Origin: Octopus bimaculoides
Taxonomy: Eukaryota
Length of the DNA stretch: 55,930 nt
Assembly: GCF_001194135.2 (NCBI RefSeq)
Contig: NC_068987.1
Span: 96,573,545-96,629,474 of the forward strand
Direction of reading: 5' to 3'
The translations under genes and the position numbers were made by a program. This document shows positions 12,929-26,639 of the stretch, one piece after another (position 1 is the first letter of the stretch; the number at the start of each line of letters is the position of its first letter). The notes under the pieces are model-generated. The model had not been told where the DNA came from. It did no database searches and saw nothing but the letters and a program-made list of their open reading frames with translations.

Positions 12929-13664
12929 CGGATCTTGTTCAAAACGGGGGCACCAGTATTTTCTTAACGAAACACTTTGAAACTTGGGACACTGGTAGAA
13001 TGTGTCATATAAAACATCTTTTTCTCTTAGTCTTCTTAACAAAAAAACGTACATCGCAAGTTATTTCATGTTAAAGTTATCGTATTTCTGTAATTTCAAC
13101 CAATGACTGACGTCCATTCAGCCGAATTCATTAAGTGCTGACTACGTAAACAAACGATTCTGAAACGATTCTGGCGGTGATAAAATTATTATTTCCTTGT
13201 NNNNNNNNNNNNNNNNNNNNNNNNNNNNNNNNNNNNNNNNNNNNNNNNNNNNNNNNNNNNNNNNNNNNNNNNNNNNNNNNNNNNNNNNNNNNNNNNNNNN
13301 NNNNNNNNNNNNNNNNNNNNNNNNNNNNNNNNNNNNNNNNNNNNNNNNNNNNNNNNNNNNNNNNNNNNNNNNNNNNNNNNNNNNNNNNNNNNNNNNNNNN
13401 NNNNNNNNNNNNNNNNNNNNNNNNNNNNNNNNNNNNNNNNNNNNNNNNNNNNNNNNNNNNNNNNNNNNNNNNNNNNNNNNNNNNNNNNNNNNNNAGTGAT
13501 TGGTTGAAATTATCGAAATAAGACAATTTTTTACATGAAATAAATTCGAATACAAAATTTTTTTTCTGTTCTATAACACAAAATAGATAAGTATACGAAG
13601 TTTGAAAGTCTTTCGGTACCAAAAACACTACATAAAACATAAATGAAAACTGGTGCCCCTGTTT
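12929..13664. mobile_element. Non-autonomous TIR element, CGGATC-terminus family, copy 1 (N-gap inside, right terminus eroded)
   Basis: Starts cggatcttgttcaaaacgggggcaccagt and ends actggtgcccctgttt. Internal sequence is shared, in opposite orientation, with 27455-28139. Confidence 0.8.
13201..13495. other. Assembly gap (N run); other gaps at 27914-28011, 29325-29407, 30415-31070, 32329-32467 and 38705-38859
   Basis: Runs of N in the sequence, located inside TIR elements or next to microsatellites. Confidence 0.99.
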
Positions 13665-14499
13665 CACTGATGTTAGTTTGTTTACATTCTCCTTACAGTT
13701 CGACTAAGAAGTCAATAGAATAAGTATCAGACTTAATAAAATAATTGTTTGGACTAGACCCCTTCAAGGCGGTGCCCCAGCATGGTCGCAGTGTAATGAA
13801 TGAAACAAAATTTTAAAAATCAAATATTGTGATGGTGAGGTGTATTAATAACATCCATACAAACTCTGATCGATAAACAATACAGATTTATCGGATGTGT
13901 TCTGTGCTCGCTTTTATAAACCCACTTCAAACCATGTAAAAAATTTTTTAAATACTCCTCAATCTTTACTAGCAGCATTTCCCTCACATACACACATACT
14001 CTTGCAGCACCCCTACACATATCCCAGACCGACTGTCTCTGCACTCACAGTATCAGAACACTGTACTTCACAACATGACAACATTGCATTTTTCCAATAC
14101 AATGCTATGCTACTTTCACTACAGCGCTATCAGTACATTACAGTACACTACATAACAATTCAACGCTGTATTGCTATGATAGAATATCAGTATATTCCAC
14201 ATTCTTCACAGGTGTTCCAAACCACCGGGCAGTGAATCATTGATACCGACACACAGAAAGAATAGATTTTATTGACTATTGCATTATATATGTAATAATT
14301 AAATGATATATTATGCATTTTATAGCGTTTTCTTTGTTATGCGCGTGATCTTCCGGTCCACAGAGAAATCGTCTTGTATGAAACTGCTCTGTAGTGCAAA
14401 TAAAAGATTAAAAAAAAGAAGTTCACGGCATGACAACATTGGAATGTTGCACACTGTGACATTATCATGGAAAACTCGAGCCCAGAAGGGAGCTCCGTG

Positions 14500-15130
14500 T
14501 TTAGTCAACCAGCTAGAAATAGCTACCAAATGTCCCTCGAGTTACAACCTGTCAGCTTAATGAAGAGAGACACAATGGATAATGTAATCTAGGATGTGTT
14601 ATTATGTTTGAGTAAGAGACAGGATAGTCATGAGTGGAATGTCTAATTATAAGTCTGCTTGATCAAGGTCGACTCGGGGTTAAACAGTTACAACCCTACT
14701 GAAAAGCAAGTAATACAGCACTACGTCAAACAAGCCAACTTCACATGATCGATTGACCTGCTAGAAATAGCGGTCAATTTCACTAAAATCACACAAACCA
14801 CTATTTTTAAAAAGAAAGGTCCGGAAAATTTCGAAAGTACAGAATGGTCACAACCGGAATGTTTTTGATCATAAACCTCTCTCGATTAGGATTGATTGAA
14901 AATGCTAAACATAACACCAATAAACTACAGTGTTACATTGCAGAACACTAAGTATCAACGAGTAAGCCTCTACGTAGTCGTTCGAACTGCAAGAAATAGC
15001 AACTAAATTTCCCTCGAATAGACCCTTTAAATAAAAATTTAATTCAGTGTGCATTGTTGGTAATAAAAAAAATGATCGTCGTTTAAATGCCTTTGTTCAA
15101 TCATAGTCGACACAACGCTACAACGACTAC
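14500..15130 (+). repeat. Three head-to-tail diverged copies of an about 200-bp retroposon 3' end ((CAA)n-tailed family)
   Basis: The motif (g)ctagaaatagc..(c)aaat recurs at about 14510, 14760 and 14990. The same family occurs at about 11260-11400 and 34560-34740 (opposite strand), 39100-39300, 44760-44890, 50230-50410 and 52590-52720. Confidence 0.6.
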
Positions 15131-16781
15131 ATACATACATATCGACTAGAATTAGGAAAGTCCAAAATAGATAACTACGTTACTACAACTATGGTAGCAG
15201 TGAGAAATCACAGAAACCTTAGTTTTTGGCAGTGGGCTGTGAAGAAGAATAAACCTGCAGTGTCATAGAAGATAATGGAATGCGAGGAAATGAAGGGAGA
15301 TACTTAAAATGAGGTTAAAAACGAAAGGATAACAAAGAAGAAAGGAAAAAGACACAAGAAAAGGAATTTTGAACGAATGAGTTAGTTATTCTGGAAAACA
15401 ACTTGGAGGAAAAAAAAATAATACTGCTATAAAACTGCTAATAAAAATGGAAAATCAGCCTTAAAGAAACATTATGAAACTATCACACGCACACACATAC
15501 ACACACAATACAACGTAGACACACAGTCAAGGAACAACAAAAGCAGCAGCTTCCCAAATTGCATTTAATCAATAACCAATGAGGTTGAGGAAGTTGTAGG
15601 GTTGGTTGGTTGGTTGGTTGTGTGGGTGGGTGGGTGGTAAAAGAAAAGCAGATAATCGTTGCTAAGCAAATTAATCTGTTCCAACCCACCACTCAACAGC
15701 AAAATAAGTTTGGGTAAGTAAAATAAATAGAAACAGGAGGCATGGGCTGGGGGTCTCTTCTCCTGCCTTTGTTTTTTTTTTTACTACAGAAAATGTTGAG
15801 GTGTAATTTCCTGAAAAAGCAGGAGTGAGAAGGTAGAAGTGTACCAAAATGCATGTAGGAGGCTAACAGGCCTAAAAAGCTACTGCCAAAAATACAATTC
15901 TTCTAATAGTCTGTGATGGCCTTCCTTGAAGATGGATGAACAGTCATCAGTTATTCATTCACACACACCTACATACATATATATATATATAAACATAAAA
16001 CTTAATAAAGCTTCCAGTGCACTCTGTCTTCCATATCAATCATTTAAAATATAAACGTGTATGTATGTATGTATTTGTAATATTTAAGAATAATGAGGCA
16101 GTGAGCTGGCAAGATTGATAAGCACATCAAAGTGCTGAGTGACATTTCTTCTGGCTCTTCAGATTCAAGTTCAAATTCCACTGAGATCAACTTTGATTTC
16201 ATCCTTATGGGGTTAACAAAATAAGTACCAGCTGAGTAGTAGGACCAATGTAATCAACCATCCCCCAACTCCTAAAATTGCTGGCCTTGTGCCAAAATTA
16301 GAAACCAGTATATTAGGACAGTGGGTCTCCAGAATTGTTAGAACATCACTCAAGCTTCAAATCCTGCCTTTTGTCATTCCAAGGTTGATAAAATAAAGTA
16401 TCATTCAAATACTGGGGTCAATTTAACCAGTCATACCCTCACTCCAAAATGTGCTGTTTAGTACAAGTGCTAGAAACCAGTATTTAAGCAGTATTACATA
16501 TATTCAAATGTAAAGGTTTTGTGCAATGGATGTTATAGTCCACTGTACTCAATCTACTACTAAGAATGAGTATAAGGTTGATTGCATGGAACTTTTAAGT
16601 TGGGTGTGTAATCCTGTTTATCACATATATTAAACACTTATATCAGATTCTATAAAATCCCATTATATTGGGTACTTTTAGGTTTGTTCTACAAAACTGC
16701 AGAGAGACAGACAGACTAGTAGAAGAATCTCCTCCAGGTGGTTTCTACTGATCATTATAATAAAGATTTTAAAGATTTGAA

Positions 16782-16814
<33 letters not shown>

Positions 16815-18059
16815 GATATAGTTCAAATTTACAAAAAGCAAAAGACAAACACAGGTGAAAGAACAACAAGCAGGTGTATTAGTTCAAAACTTGGGAAGAG
16901 TGGAAAAGTCTTTGACGTTTCGAGCCTATGCTCTTTGAAAGAAAGGATTGAGAGGGGAAAAAATGGAGAACAAAAAAAACAAAAAGAAAAAAAGAAAAAA
17001 AACGGAGAAAGAAAAAATGTATGGGGTTCAACAAGATCAAATGGCTGGAAGAAAGGGAGTTAATAATGGGACCCAACTGAACTAGGGTGCACAAGTGCGT
17101 GTGTGTATGTGAGTGCATATGTATGTGTGGGCGAGCTTAAAATTATGTGGACCTTTGTGTGTGTGTGTGTGTGTTTATATAAGTAACCTAGTGTGTACAT
17201 TTTGTGGAATGATGTGTGTTTCATGTACTGGTGTGTATGTGTATGTGTGCATATAGATGTGTGTATATATGGGTGGGATTATGTGTGTGTGTGTGTGTGT
17301 GCATATGCATGGACTTCTGTATGTGTGTATGGGAGCATGTGCGCGTATGTATACAAGTAACCAAGCGTGTGCACTGTGTGGAGTGATGTGTATTTCATAT
17401 ATTTGTGTGTGTGTGTGTATGCATATGGACATGTGTATGTTTATGTGAGATATCAGCTGAGACTGCAGGATGGGAGTCTACAATCATTTTAGAAGTTGCT
17501 CTTTATCCCTCTCCACAAGAACTGATGAATGCCATACAATGTGTGTGCATGTGCGTGTTCAACATCTGTTTTTTCTAAGCTATAGCATGGAGAGGTACTT
17601 GAGGCAGGAACTTTATGGCCAGATGCTCTTCCCGTCATCAAACATCACTTGCATTTTAGGTAAAAGAATTTTAATTCCAGACGAATTCGAAAGCACAGAA
17701 CTAGCAGACAATTTGTTGATAGGAAATGTCAATAAATGTCATCAGTTGCAGCCCAGTCACAGACAGTGATGTCATTGCTGACAGCTCAGTTACAAATGGT
17801 AACATCACCATCTGCAGCTTAGATCACCAGATCTTTTTAGTGGTAGAGCAACCTATTAGAGAAAGCGGCTCCAATCTGATCTGGCAGAGCTTCTACAGCT
17901 GGATGCCCTTCCTAACAGCAACCACTCTGAGAGTGTAGTGGGTGCTTTTACGTGCCACCAGCATGAGGGCCAGTCAGGCAGTACTGGCAACGGCCACAGT
18001 TGATGTAAAAAAAAGAATATGGCACAGTAGACAATCTTACACACCTGCTGTAGCTATTT

Positions 18060-19600
18060 GGGCAAAAAAAAAAAGAAAGCTCATAGCAACTAGATAATTT
18101 TACATACTCCCCAAAACTGGGTGGTATTCACACAGCTCTCAAGCTTTCTCCTCTCCCAAACTGCAGCTGAGCCTTCTGATCCCTACTCTAAAGGATCTCC
18201 AATTCTTTTCCTTTTCTAAACAATACTGGTTTCATAAGCAATACCCCCATAGAGAAAGCACCCAACTACACTGCATCCTTCGCATCTAACTCCACACTCC
18301 ATACCTTTGGCCAATTCCCTCCAAATCTACCCTCTTCTGTTCCAATAAGCATTCCCCCTGCCCCACATTCCACATACCCATAGATGCTAAATTCAAAAAT
18401 ACCCCAGCTCCTTCAAACAAACAAGGCCACCAACCCTGAAATGGTCCCTTCCATAACATTTAAACAATGCCAAAACTTAGTCCTATACTCACCAAACTCT
18501 TTAATCTCCCATACTCTATGGAGACATACACTAGCATTTGGAAACCATTCAGTGGGTCGTATTCCAAAGGAAAACAACCTCTTTGACCCAACCAAGTATT
18601 GCCTCATTGCTCTCACTTCTAGCATGTCCAAAGGAATGGAAACAACCATTAACAATGAAGTTTTCCAACACCTTGAATCCTTGCCACTCCTGAATGACCA
18701 CTATCATGGCTTCCAAAGAGCCAGGTGCAATGGAGACCTAATCATCAATGTGTACTTGCTTTAAGAAAAATCTGATGAAAACAATGTTGTTGCTCTAGAT
18801 TTTAGCAACGTCTTCAACCATCCATTTCATGCAAATGTCATAGATGGTTGAATTTCCTACAAAAACTCTACTTTCTACTAGATCACACTGTTGCATTGAA
18901 TATTGATGGAGCTCTTTCAGCTCCTCTCTCAATCAACCCCAGCATTCTTCAGAGTTTGGTTTTGTCTCTCACTCTCTATACCTCAATGATCTACTTACTG
19001 ATACAGCCTACAGCACTCACTCTTATGCAAATAACACAACCTTTCCTTCCTCTCCACCTTACCCTAGTCAGGCATCAACCACGTGCAAGACCTTGAAAAC
19101 ATCCTTCAAAGGGACCATACCAACCATGTCACTTTTAACAACACCACCAAGAAAAGAGAAAAACTCAAGCAACATTCATATCAAAAAAACATACCAGATC
19201 TCATCTAAACATGTGTAGCCCTCAGAGTCCTTGCAACAACTCCAAATGCTGTACGTCTACAATTCTTGGGGATATCTCCTGACAACACTACATCTTTAGC
19301 ACAACTAGGAGACAGCATCAAAAAGACTAGATCCTTTTCTTCAGGGCCAGAAAATATTTCAGCTCCTAAGAGCTGCTAACATTCTACAAAGCTCGAGTGA
19401 GGTCCACAATAGAGTACTATGGCCATGTCTGGGACAGTATTGCTGTGATGGACACAGACATTCTGGATCATATCCAAGAAGGGTCACTCAACTGACTGAT
19501 ATTCTATCTTTAATGAACATACCCCAGCCACTGGCTCAAAGGTACATTGTCTCTTCTGTTACTATTAGAATGATCTCAGCACCTCAGACCCACTCGGTCT
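18060..19600 (+). mobile_element. CR1/Jockey-like LINE, degenerate RT and C-terminal region
   Basis: GRIPKENNLFDPTKYCLIALTSSMSKGMETTINNEVFQHLESLPLLNDHYHGFQR (RT domain start, NYRPISL/QYGFR-like); downstream LGFLFRA..YF...LL..YKA.VR.TIEY-like remnants. Confidence 0.8.
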
Positions 19601-22600
19601 CATACTTCACTACTCAGCTCTGACCTACTTGTTTTCCCAACCTTTCCTGCAACAGTTTAAATGGGACATTAATGATACTGACTGTACCTCACAGGCAGTT
19701 TGCAGGGGTCATAGACACTGTCCCATCCTCCAGACTTAGCAAGTAAAAAAACAAAAACATTAAAAAGAAACCCATGTGAAATGCTCCCCACTCTCTCTCT
19801 CTCTTTTGTTGGGTGGATGTACAACTTCGTAAAGAAAATGTAGTGATTATGACTATTTTTCAGGGCTTCTAAGACTGGTATGAGTAAGAGAGGAAGTTAT
19901 CTTCCTTGAACTTTGCTAAAGACACCCTAAGACCTAGTAGTAGTGTTAACACAGGAAGCACATAAAGCCAACAACCCAAGAACCCAGAACACAAAGATCT
20001 GGGGATAAAATCCAGCATGTCATTTTATCCAATGTTTTGCCATTTCTGCTAATCCACCAATCTAGAATGTTATTTTATTTTACTGACCCTGAAATGATAA
20101 AAAGCAAAATTGACCTTGACAGGATTTGAAAGGAGAAAGCTGAAACAAATACCACAAAGCAATTTGTTCTACCTCTGAGTGGTTGGCGTTAGGAAGGGCA
20201 TCCAGCTGTAGAAACTCTGCCAAATTAGATTGGAGCCTGGTGTTGCCATCCGGTTTCACCAGTCCTCAATCAAATCGTCCAACCCATGCTAGCATGGAAA
20301 GCGGACGTTAAACGACGATGATGATGATGATGATACTAATGATGCTGCCAACTCACTGCCAATTTTTACTCTTCAGGAATCTCAACACACACACACACAC
20401 AATTCTAGTTGCTTTCTATTAGTTTTAATGGTGCTACTCTATATTACAGTCAGCATTGATGTTATTTATTGTATGATATTATGGGCCACTAGTTTGTGTT
20501 TAGTTTATGGCAAGATTGTTAGACTGTGTAGAATCGAAAGGTTCAATTATATGAATTAATTTATATTTAATAATACCATATGTCAGTTCGTTATGCTCTT
20601 TTGGGCTTCAGTCAAGTTCTAACTGTTTGATATTCCACAGATTTTCCAGTCTCAGCATAAGAAAAACATTTAAGTGCTGATTATGCAAACACCTAAAATA
20701 CCACTTTGTCAAGGCTACTAAATTATTATAGTCACATTTCTGACAATGGACACTTAGAATCTTAGTCACAATATTTTGTCTACCTTTTAATCTACTATAA
20801 TAATACTCTTGTGTCTTTCTCCATCACAACATATGAATGAGAAAAGAAGAGGTGATAGATGAATAAGGAAGGAAGGGATGATGGCAAACTCGGTAGTGGG
20901 ATGATGGAAATTCTACAGTGAAAAAAGAAAATCAAACAGCATTTCAACTCTGTGTGAGTATATGCGTGTGTATATAAAAGGGATGTGTGTGTGTGCAATA
21001 GAAGTGGGATGGTGAACATTCAACACTAAAAAGAAATATCAAACAGCGTTTCAACCCTGTGTGAGTATATGTATGTATCTGCATGCATGTACAATGGGAT
21101 GTGAATGTTTGTATGTGTGAACCAGCATTCTTTCAGTAACAAACGATGATTGATGTCACATCTCAGAAGACAATCACTAGATAACATTGACAAGTGTATT
21201 AATTTGAATTACCATCCATATTCTATCTTTTGTCCTTATTCATATATAAATTACTACAATTAGCCGTCATTTTTTATGGCATGGGGCCAGCTAGTATTAA
21301 TATAATTGCCAAGTGGTGGTGGTGGTGGTGATGATGGTGGTCTATAAGAGTTCCAGTAAGATTTAGTTATAACTGAATATAAAACTACTGACAGCCTGAA
21401 AGATCTTGTCTTTAAGATTATTATATTATCATCAATGTTTCTGCCTCCTTTTGTAACCTTATTCCTGTCAGCATGCACTGACTTTGTTTCAATTAATCTT
21501 GAAAATAATGAAGAATTTAGTAAATTAACTTCATTATTAAGCTGATGTTTGGAATATAAATTGACATGGAATTTTGATGTACAATTTTAATTTAGATCAC
21601 TTAAAAAGAGAATTTGTAACATAGAAACAAGGACGGTTTCAGGCTGATTGATATCAGAAGGATTGGTACCATTTTCTTTGCTTGCATAGTTCAGAGTAAG
21701 CTTGTTGAGATAGATTTTCTATGGGTGGATGCTCTTCTTGTTGCCATCCTTCACCTATTTCCAAGCAAAGTTATATATTCCCCTAGTCATCTGAACAACA
21801 AACAGCTCAATGGCCAGACATGTTTTCATGGAAGATTGTAAATAAATGATGCCATTATTTTCAATTAACAAGACAATGAGAAGACACAAGACAAGAGGAG
21901 AAAACACAAACACTTGTATGCACATGCACACACAATGAGCTTACAGTTTCTATCCTCCAATTCACTTATAAGGTATTGATCAGCTTGTGACTATAGTAGA
22001 AGACACCAGCCAGCAGTACCACATAGTGAGAATGAACCTTAAGCCATGTGATTCTGAAGCAAGCTTATTAACCACAAGGCCATGTCTGTGCCTAATGTCA
22101 CCAATATATAATTGTCTTAAAGAACTCTCAAGCTGTAAATTATTTCATATTCCATCAGGACTAAATCATGTTGAAAGCTTTATGGACTATCATTTTCAAC
22201 TGACAATATTAAAATCAAATTAAAATTAAATTAAAAGGAAAATAATGATAGTATGTGTTAATGACTTAGGCCAATGGACATTATCGAGCTTGAGGTGGAA
22301 TTCCTCCAGAAAAGTATATGTTTATATGATTGCAGTTTAAACTTTCTTTGTGCAGCCATATCCCTCCCTTCAGCTTTAGAATGTTAGCAGGTTGAATGAG
22401 AATTTTTAGATTTTCTGAAACACACAAGTTGCATATTGTGCTAAGTCTTTTATGCCTTTGACTTCACAGCTATGCTCCACTTAATGGAATGTTTCTGAAT
22501 CCCAGTTTTTCAGCTGCCAGATGTATTTTGACAGTGAAGTGGAGGTGCATTTGTTCCTGTTCCTCAATGCATGCTTATGAGTGAATTGGATCCTAAATGA

Positions 22601-22907
22601 ATTTTCCATCAACCTGATATATATTTTGTCTATACTGTCATTTAGTTGAACATTTGATCTATAAGTACTCCTTCAAAATGCATTAGTTACTGAAGTGGAT
22701 AGCCAGCTAGGTCCCTACAGTTGCATTCATTCAGAGATTGATATGTACAGTATCTTACTACTGTTATAATTAAGAATTTGATATTTCCCACAAAACTAGA
22801 GCTAACTATAATTGAATTCTGATGAGAACTTTTGCTACGTATGGTAGGAAGTGCACTCTGATTAAGTCAGGAAGTACCTAGCTATGTTAACAGACACATT
22901 TAAAGTA

Positions 22908-24171
22908 CAGGGTGCATAAGGTATTTGAGGACATACCTTTCTGGGGTCACTGCTGCATTTTTTGCTAACTCTGTATTATCTTTGTTTCAGAAAATATTAA
23001 TGGCAGACTCTCAGCTTACTCAAGAAATGAAGAGGCATGCTGTTATTGTGAGTATAAAGGCAGAGCATAGTGATTTAGAAATATCTTGAGTTTTAAAAGT
23101 TGTCAGATTTTTTTGTCAACAAAATTTGTAAGGAGATAGAGACTGAAGAGGGAAACGTATCACTAGTGTCAAAGCATAAATAGCATTCTAAATGCTTTGA
23201 AATCATCAGAATACCTGAATTTATCCAGCAAGTTCAACAGACCATTGATTACAATCCCAGAAAGTCCATGGGGTTAATTGAAAAAGATGTCCATGTGTCA
23301 GAAGGAAGTCAGAAATATTGTCCATGAAGACATCAGATATAAGTCTTATATGATGAGGAAAGGTCAATTTGACAGAGAAAGCAAAAGAAAATCACTACAT
23401 CAGATCTAAAAGGCTCTTAAACAAACTGAAAAATCCAGCAGAAGATTTGATTTGGTTTTTCTCAAACAAGAAAAACTTCGACCAAGATCAAAAAGTTAAC
23501 AGAAGAAATGACAGATGGTTATGTGCTGACCCTTCTGAAGTTCAAAGTGTTACGCATACAAAATTTCCTGCAACTGTCGTGGTTTTAGGGGTTGTCAGCA
23601 ATGAAGGACATGTGATACCTCCTTACTTCTTTCCACAAGGCCTTAGAGTTAACTCTGCTGACTACATTGAGGTCCTAGAAATGATTGTTAAGCCCTGGAT
23701 AGACAGCGTATGCAACGGAAGGCCATATGTGTTTCAATAAGACTCTGCACTGTCACACATGGCTCTAGTAACACAGAAATGGATGGCTGAAAATTTTCAT
23801 AATCACATAATCCCTAACATTTGGCCTCCTAATTCTCCAGATTTCAATCCATTGGACTATTACACATAGAGTGTTGTTGAGAGAGAGGTCAATGAACACA
23901 CTCATAACACCAAAGATTCTATGAAAGCTGCCATAGTTAGAGTAATGTCCAAAAGGAACCAGGACCACTTGATTCGAGCATGTAGATGATTTAGATCTCA
24001 TATAGAAGCAGTTATTGAAGCTGAAGGTGGCTTTATTGAATAACATTATAGAAAAGAAGGTTTATTTTTATCCTCATGGCATTTTTTGATAAATAAAGTT
24101 ATTATTTGTTATTATATATCTGTTTTTTTTTTATAAACATAAATCTATCCTCAAATATCTTACGCACCCTG
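22908..24171 (+). mobile_element. Full-length Tc1/mariner element, DD37D (maT/Bmmar1-type), inactive
   Basis: TA flanks on both sides; 24-bp TIR CAGGGTGC(A/G)TAAG(G/A)TATTTGAGGA; transposase 23000-24043 with YVFQ*DSA...WPPNSPDFNPLDY. I counted 37 residues between the second and third D. Confidence 0.93.
23000..24043 (+). pseudogene. DD37D transposase pseudogene
   Basis: Several in-frame stops and frameshifts; the first catalytic motif FSDEK has decayed to FSNKK. Confidence 0.85.
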
Positions 24172-24369
24172 TATACAGTGCATTGAACTATATGACTTTC
24201 CTGCTACTTAGTATGTTATGTCCTGCGGTAGGTTCAATATACTTATGCTTATCATTAAAACTACTTCTATTATAGAGAAGAGCTGTTCTGTCAAAAATGT
24301 CCCTGTTTGAAGACACACTTATATTATCTACTATATGTTATATGTTTGATTACATTTAGTGAAAAGTTA

Positions 24370-25084
24370 GAACCTTCATTGATGTAAATGTTGCAAAATC
24401 TCATAATTTAGGCTTTGCAACTTTTGGACCGTAGCTTGAGGAGTGTGAGGACGTGCATTATCATGGAGCAAAATTGGGCCATCTCTATTCACTATTTTCA
24501 TGTTTACAATCAATTTCTTGGCAATACAATGTTTTTCCTTGTTGCAAAAATTCCAGTCAAGAAAGCAATAAGGAGCACTCAGTTGATATGAAACAAACCT
24601 ATCCATTTTTTTGACTTTTCCAAATTTTTACAGGTGTCCAAAAACAGTTGCGCAAGATGTTTGGAGTTTTGATGAAAGTTTACAAACCTTTGTTCTTGGA
24701 TTTTGTTCAACCAAAACATTTAATCCTTCATGCCGAATAACTGACTTTGGCCTACCCTTTGGTTTATTTTCAAGACTATCATCTCCTGAACGACAGCTTT
24801 GGAACCATCTCTGAGCAGTTCTAATGTCAACAAAACCATTACCAAAGTCCTGCTTGATAGAGATTCTGTGGCAGAGTGACCCAGTTTTTACTCATACAAG
24901 AAAATCACTCAACATAGTTTGGTTGTTATCATTTTCATAAGGTCTGTGGGTATGAATTTTGTATACCAATATTGTTGGGAAAGAAAAAGAGTCAGGATTA
25001 AATGCAAGGTATACATAACTGAGTTTTTAAATGACTGAAATAACAAGTAATTAAAAATACGACATTTCATGTGAAACAACCTAA
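24370..25084 (-). mobile_element. mariner (DD34D-type) fragment with one terminus
   Basis: TA|TTAGGTTGTTTCACATGAAATGTCGTA terminus at 25084 and a GPILLHDNARPHT motif; 3' end missing. Confidence 0.8.
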
Positions 25085-25965
25085 TATATATATATATATT
25101 TTCCTCTCCACAGCTTCTACACCTTGCTTGCACATCGTTATACTATTTATTACTGCTGAGTCGCTCCTTATCCCTCTGCATACTAGTGTTCCCCATCATC
25201 TGCACCCTCATCCTTGTTCATTACTCACTACACTAACCCCTACCTCCACCAGTTTACTCCCTCCTTACACTCTTATGAAAGCATCTACTTCTCTTGTCCT
25301 CTTCTATGATCCATCTTTGTGTTCTCTTATGCTCACCTTCTTGTTCCTTGAGAGTTCGCTCTAGCACTCCATCACTATCTTCTGCTTATCTCCTCTATAT
25401 CAAGACATCTGTGCTTGTCCCTTTATCATATTTTACCCTTTCAACACATGGCATACAATTACTTACCGCCACCTTCCCCTCCCAAATACTTCTCAGTAGT
25501 GGGAGCTTACTTCTTCTTGCAAGTTACATGGCAACCTCACTAGTGCTAGTGGCATGAAAAAAAGCACCCAGTACACTCTGTAAAATGGTTAGTACTAGGA
25601 AGGACATCCAGCCATGCAAAGCATGCCAAAGATGACATTGGAGCTCAATGCAGCCCTGCAGCTTGCCCATTCCTTGTCAAATCATCCCACCCATGCTAGC
25701 ATGGTAAGTAGACATTAAATGATGAAGATGATGATGATGATATATGTACACAGATACACACATATATTTCTCAACATGATCATTAAAACCATAAGTTAAC
25801 ATATTGAGCTAATTTATTATGACATGGAAAAAAAAAAGTATGAATTTCCATACATAAATTTTTCTGAAGAAAACTTAAATATAAGCATTTGTTTTCCATT
25901 GTTTATTTTTCAAGATCTATTTGTTTATCCATGTAACTATCTATCTGTGTGTATGTGTATGTGTG

Positions 25966-26005
<40 letters not shown>

Positions 26006-26639
26006 ACGTGCACACACATTTATCTGTCTGTCTTCATGTGTTTCAAGCTACCTATCTACATAGCTATCTATCAACCTATGTATCTCTGTATTAGTGTATG
26101 TGTGTCTGTATCTGTCTATCCATCACAATTTTTACCTTGATCTCTCTCCAAATGCACAAGCAACTTAGATTCACAAGCACTCAGTTTCTTCCATTTCATA
26201 ACTTCAGAAAAACAGCTCAATGATTATTTTTATACAGCCATTTTTAAGAAACTCTTTTTATAATTGAACAATCGGTCATGCACAGAGAACAGAAAACTGT
26301 GTTGCAGTGTATGAAGTAATGTACGCTATATCAAAGGACAAAGACAACTATTTTGGTAAGTAGATGCTGAGAGACAGCATGATCTTCATCAAAAACTTTC
26401 AGAAGAACAAAGTAGGATATGTTTCAACAGAGAACTGCAAGAGAACAATATCACCATGTAGGGGGATGCAAAATATTACTTATTCTGAGGATAAAATAAC
26501 TGGACATGCACCAGCAACAATGATAATAATAGAAATTGCTTAGAATTTTGAGACTAGGTCAACAGTTTGCTGAAGGGAGTTAGTCACATCAACCCCAATG
26601 CTTGACTGGTTGCTTATTTTATTGGTTTCAGATATTGTG

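Noticed and set aside
16905-16950. Penelope-type minimal hammerhead (GAGC-atag-GCTC-GAAAC on the minus strand)
   Set aside because: The CUGANGA core is absent in this copy (ttcaaa); cannot be supported.
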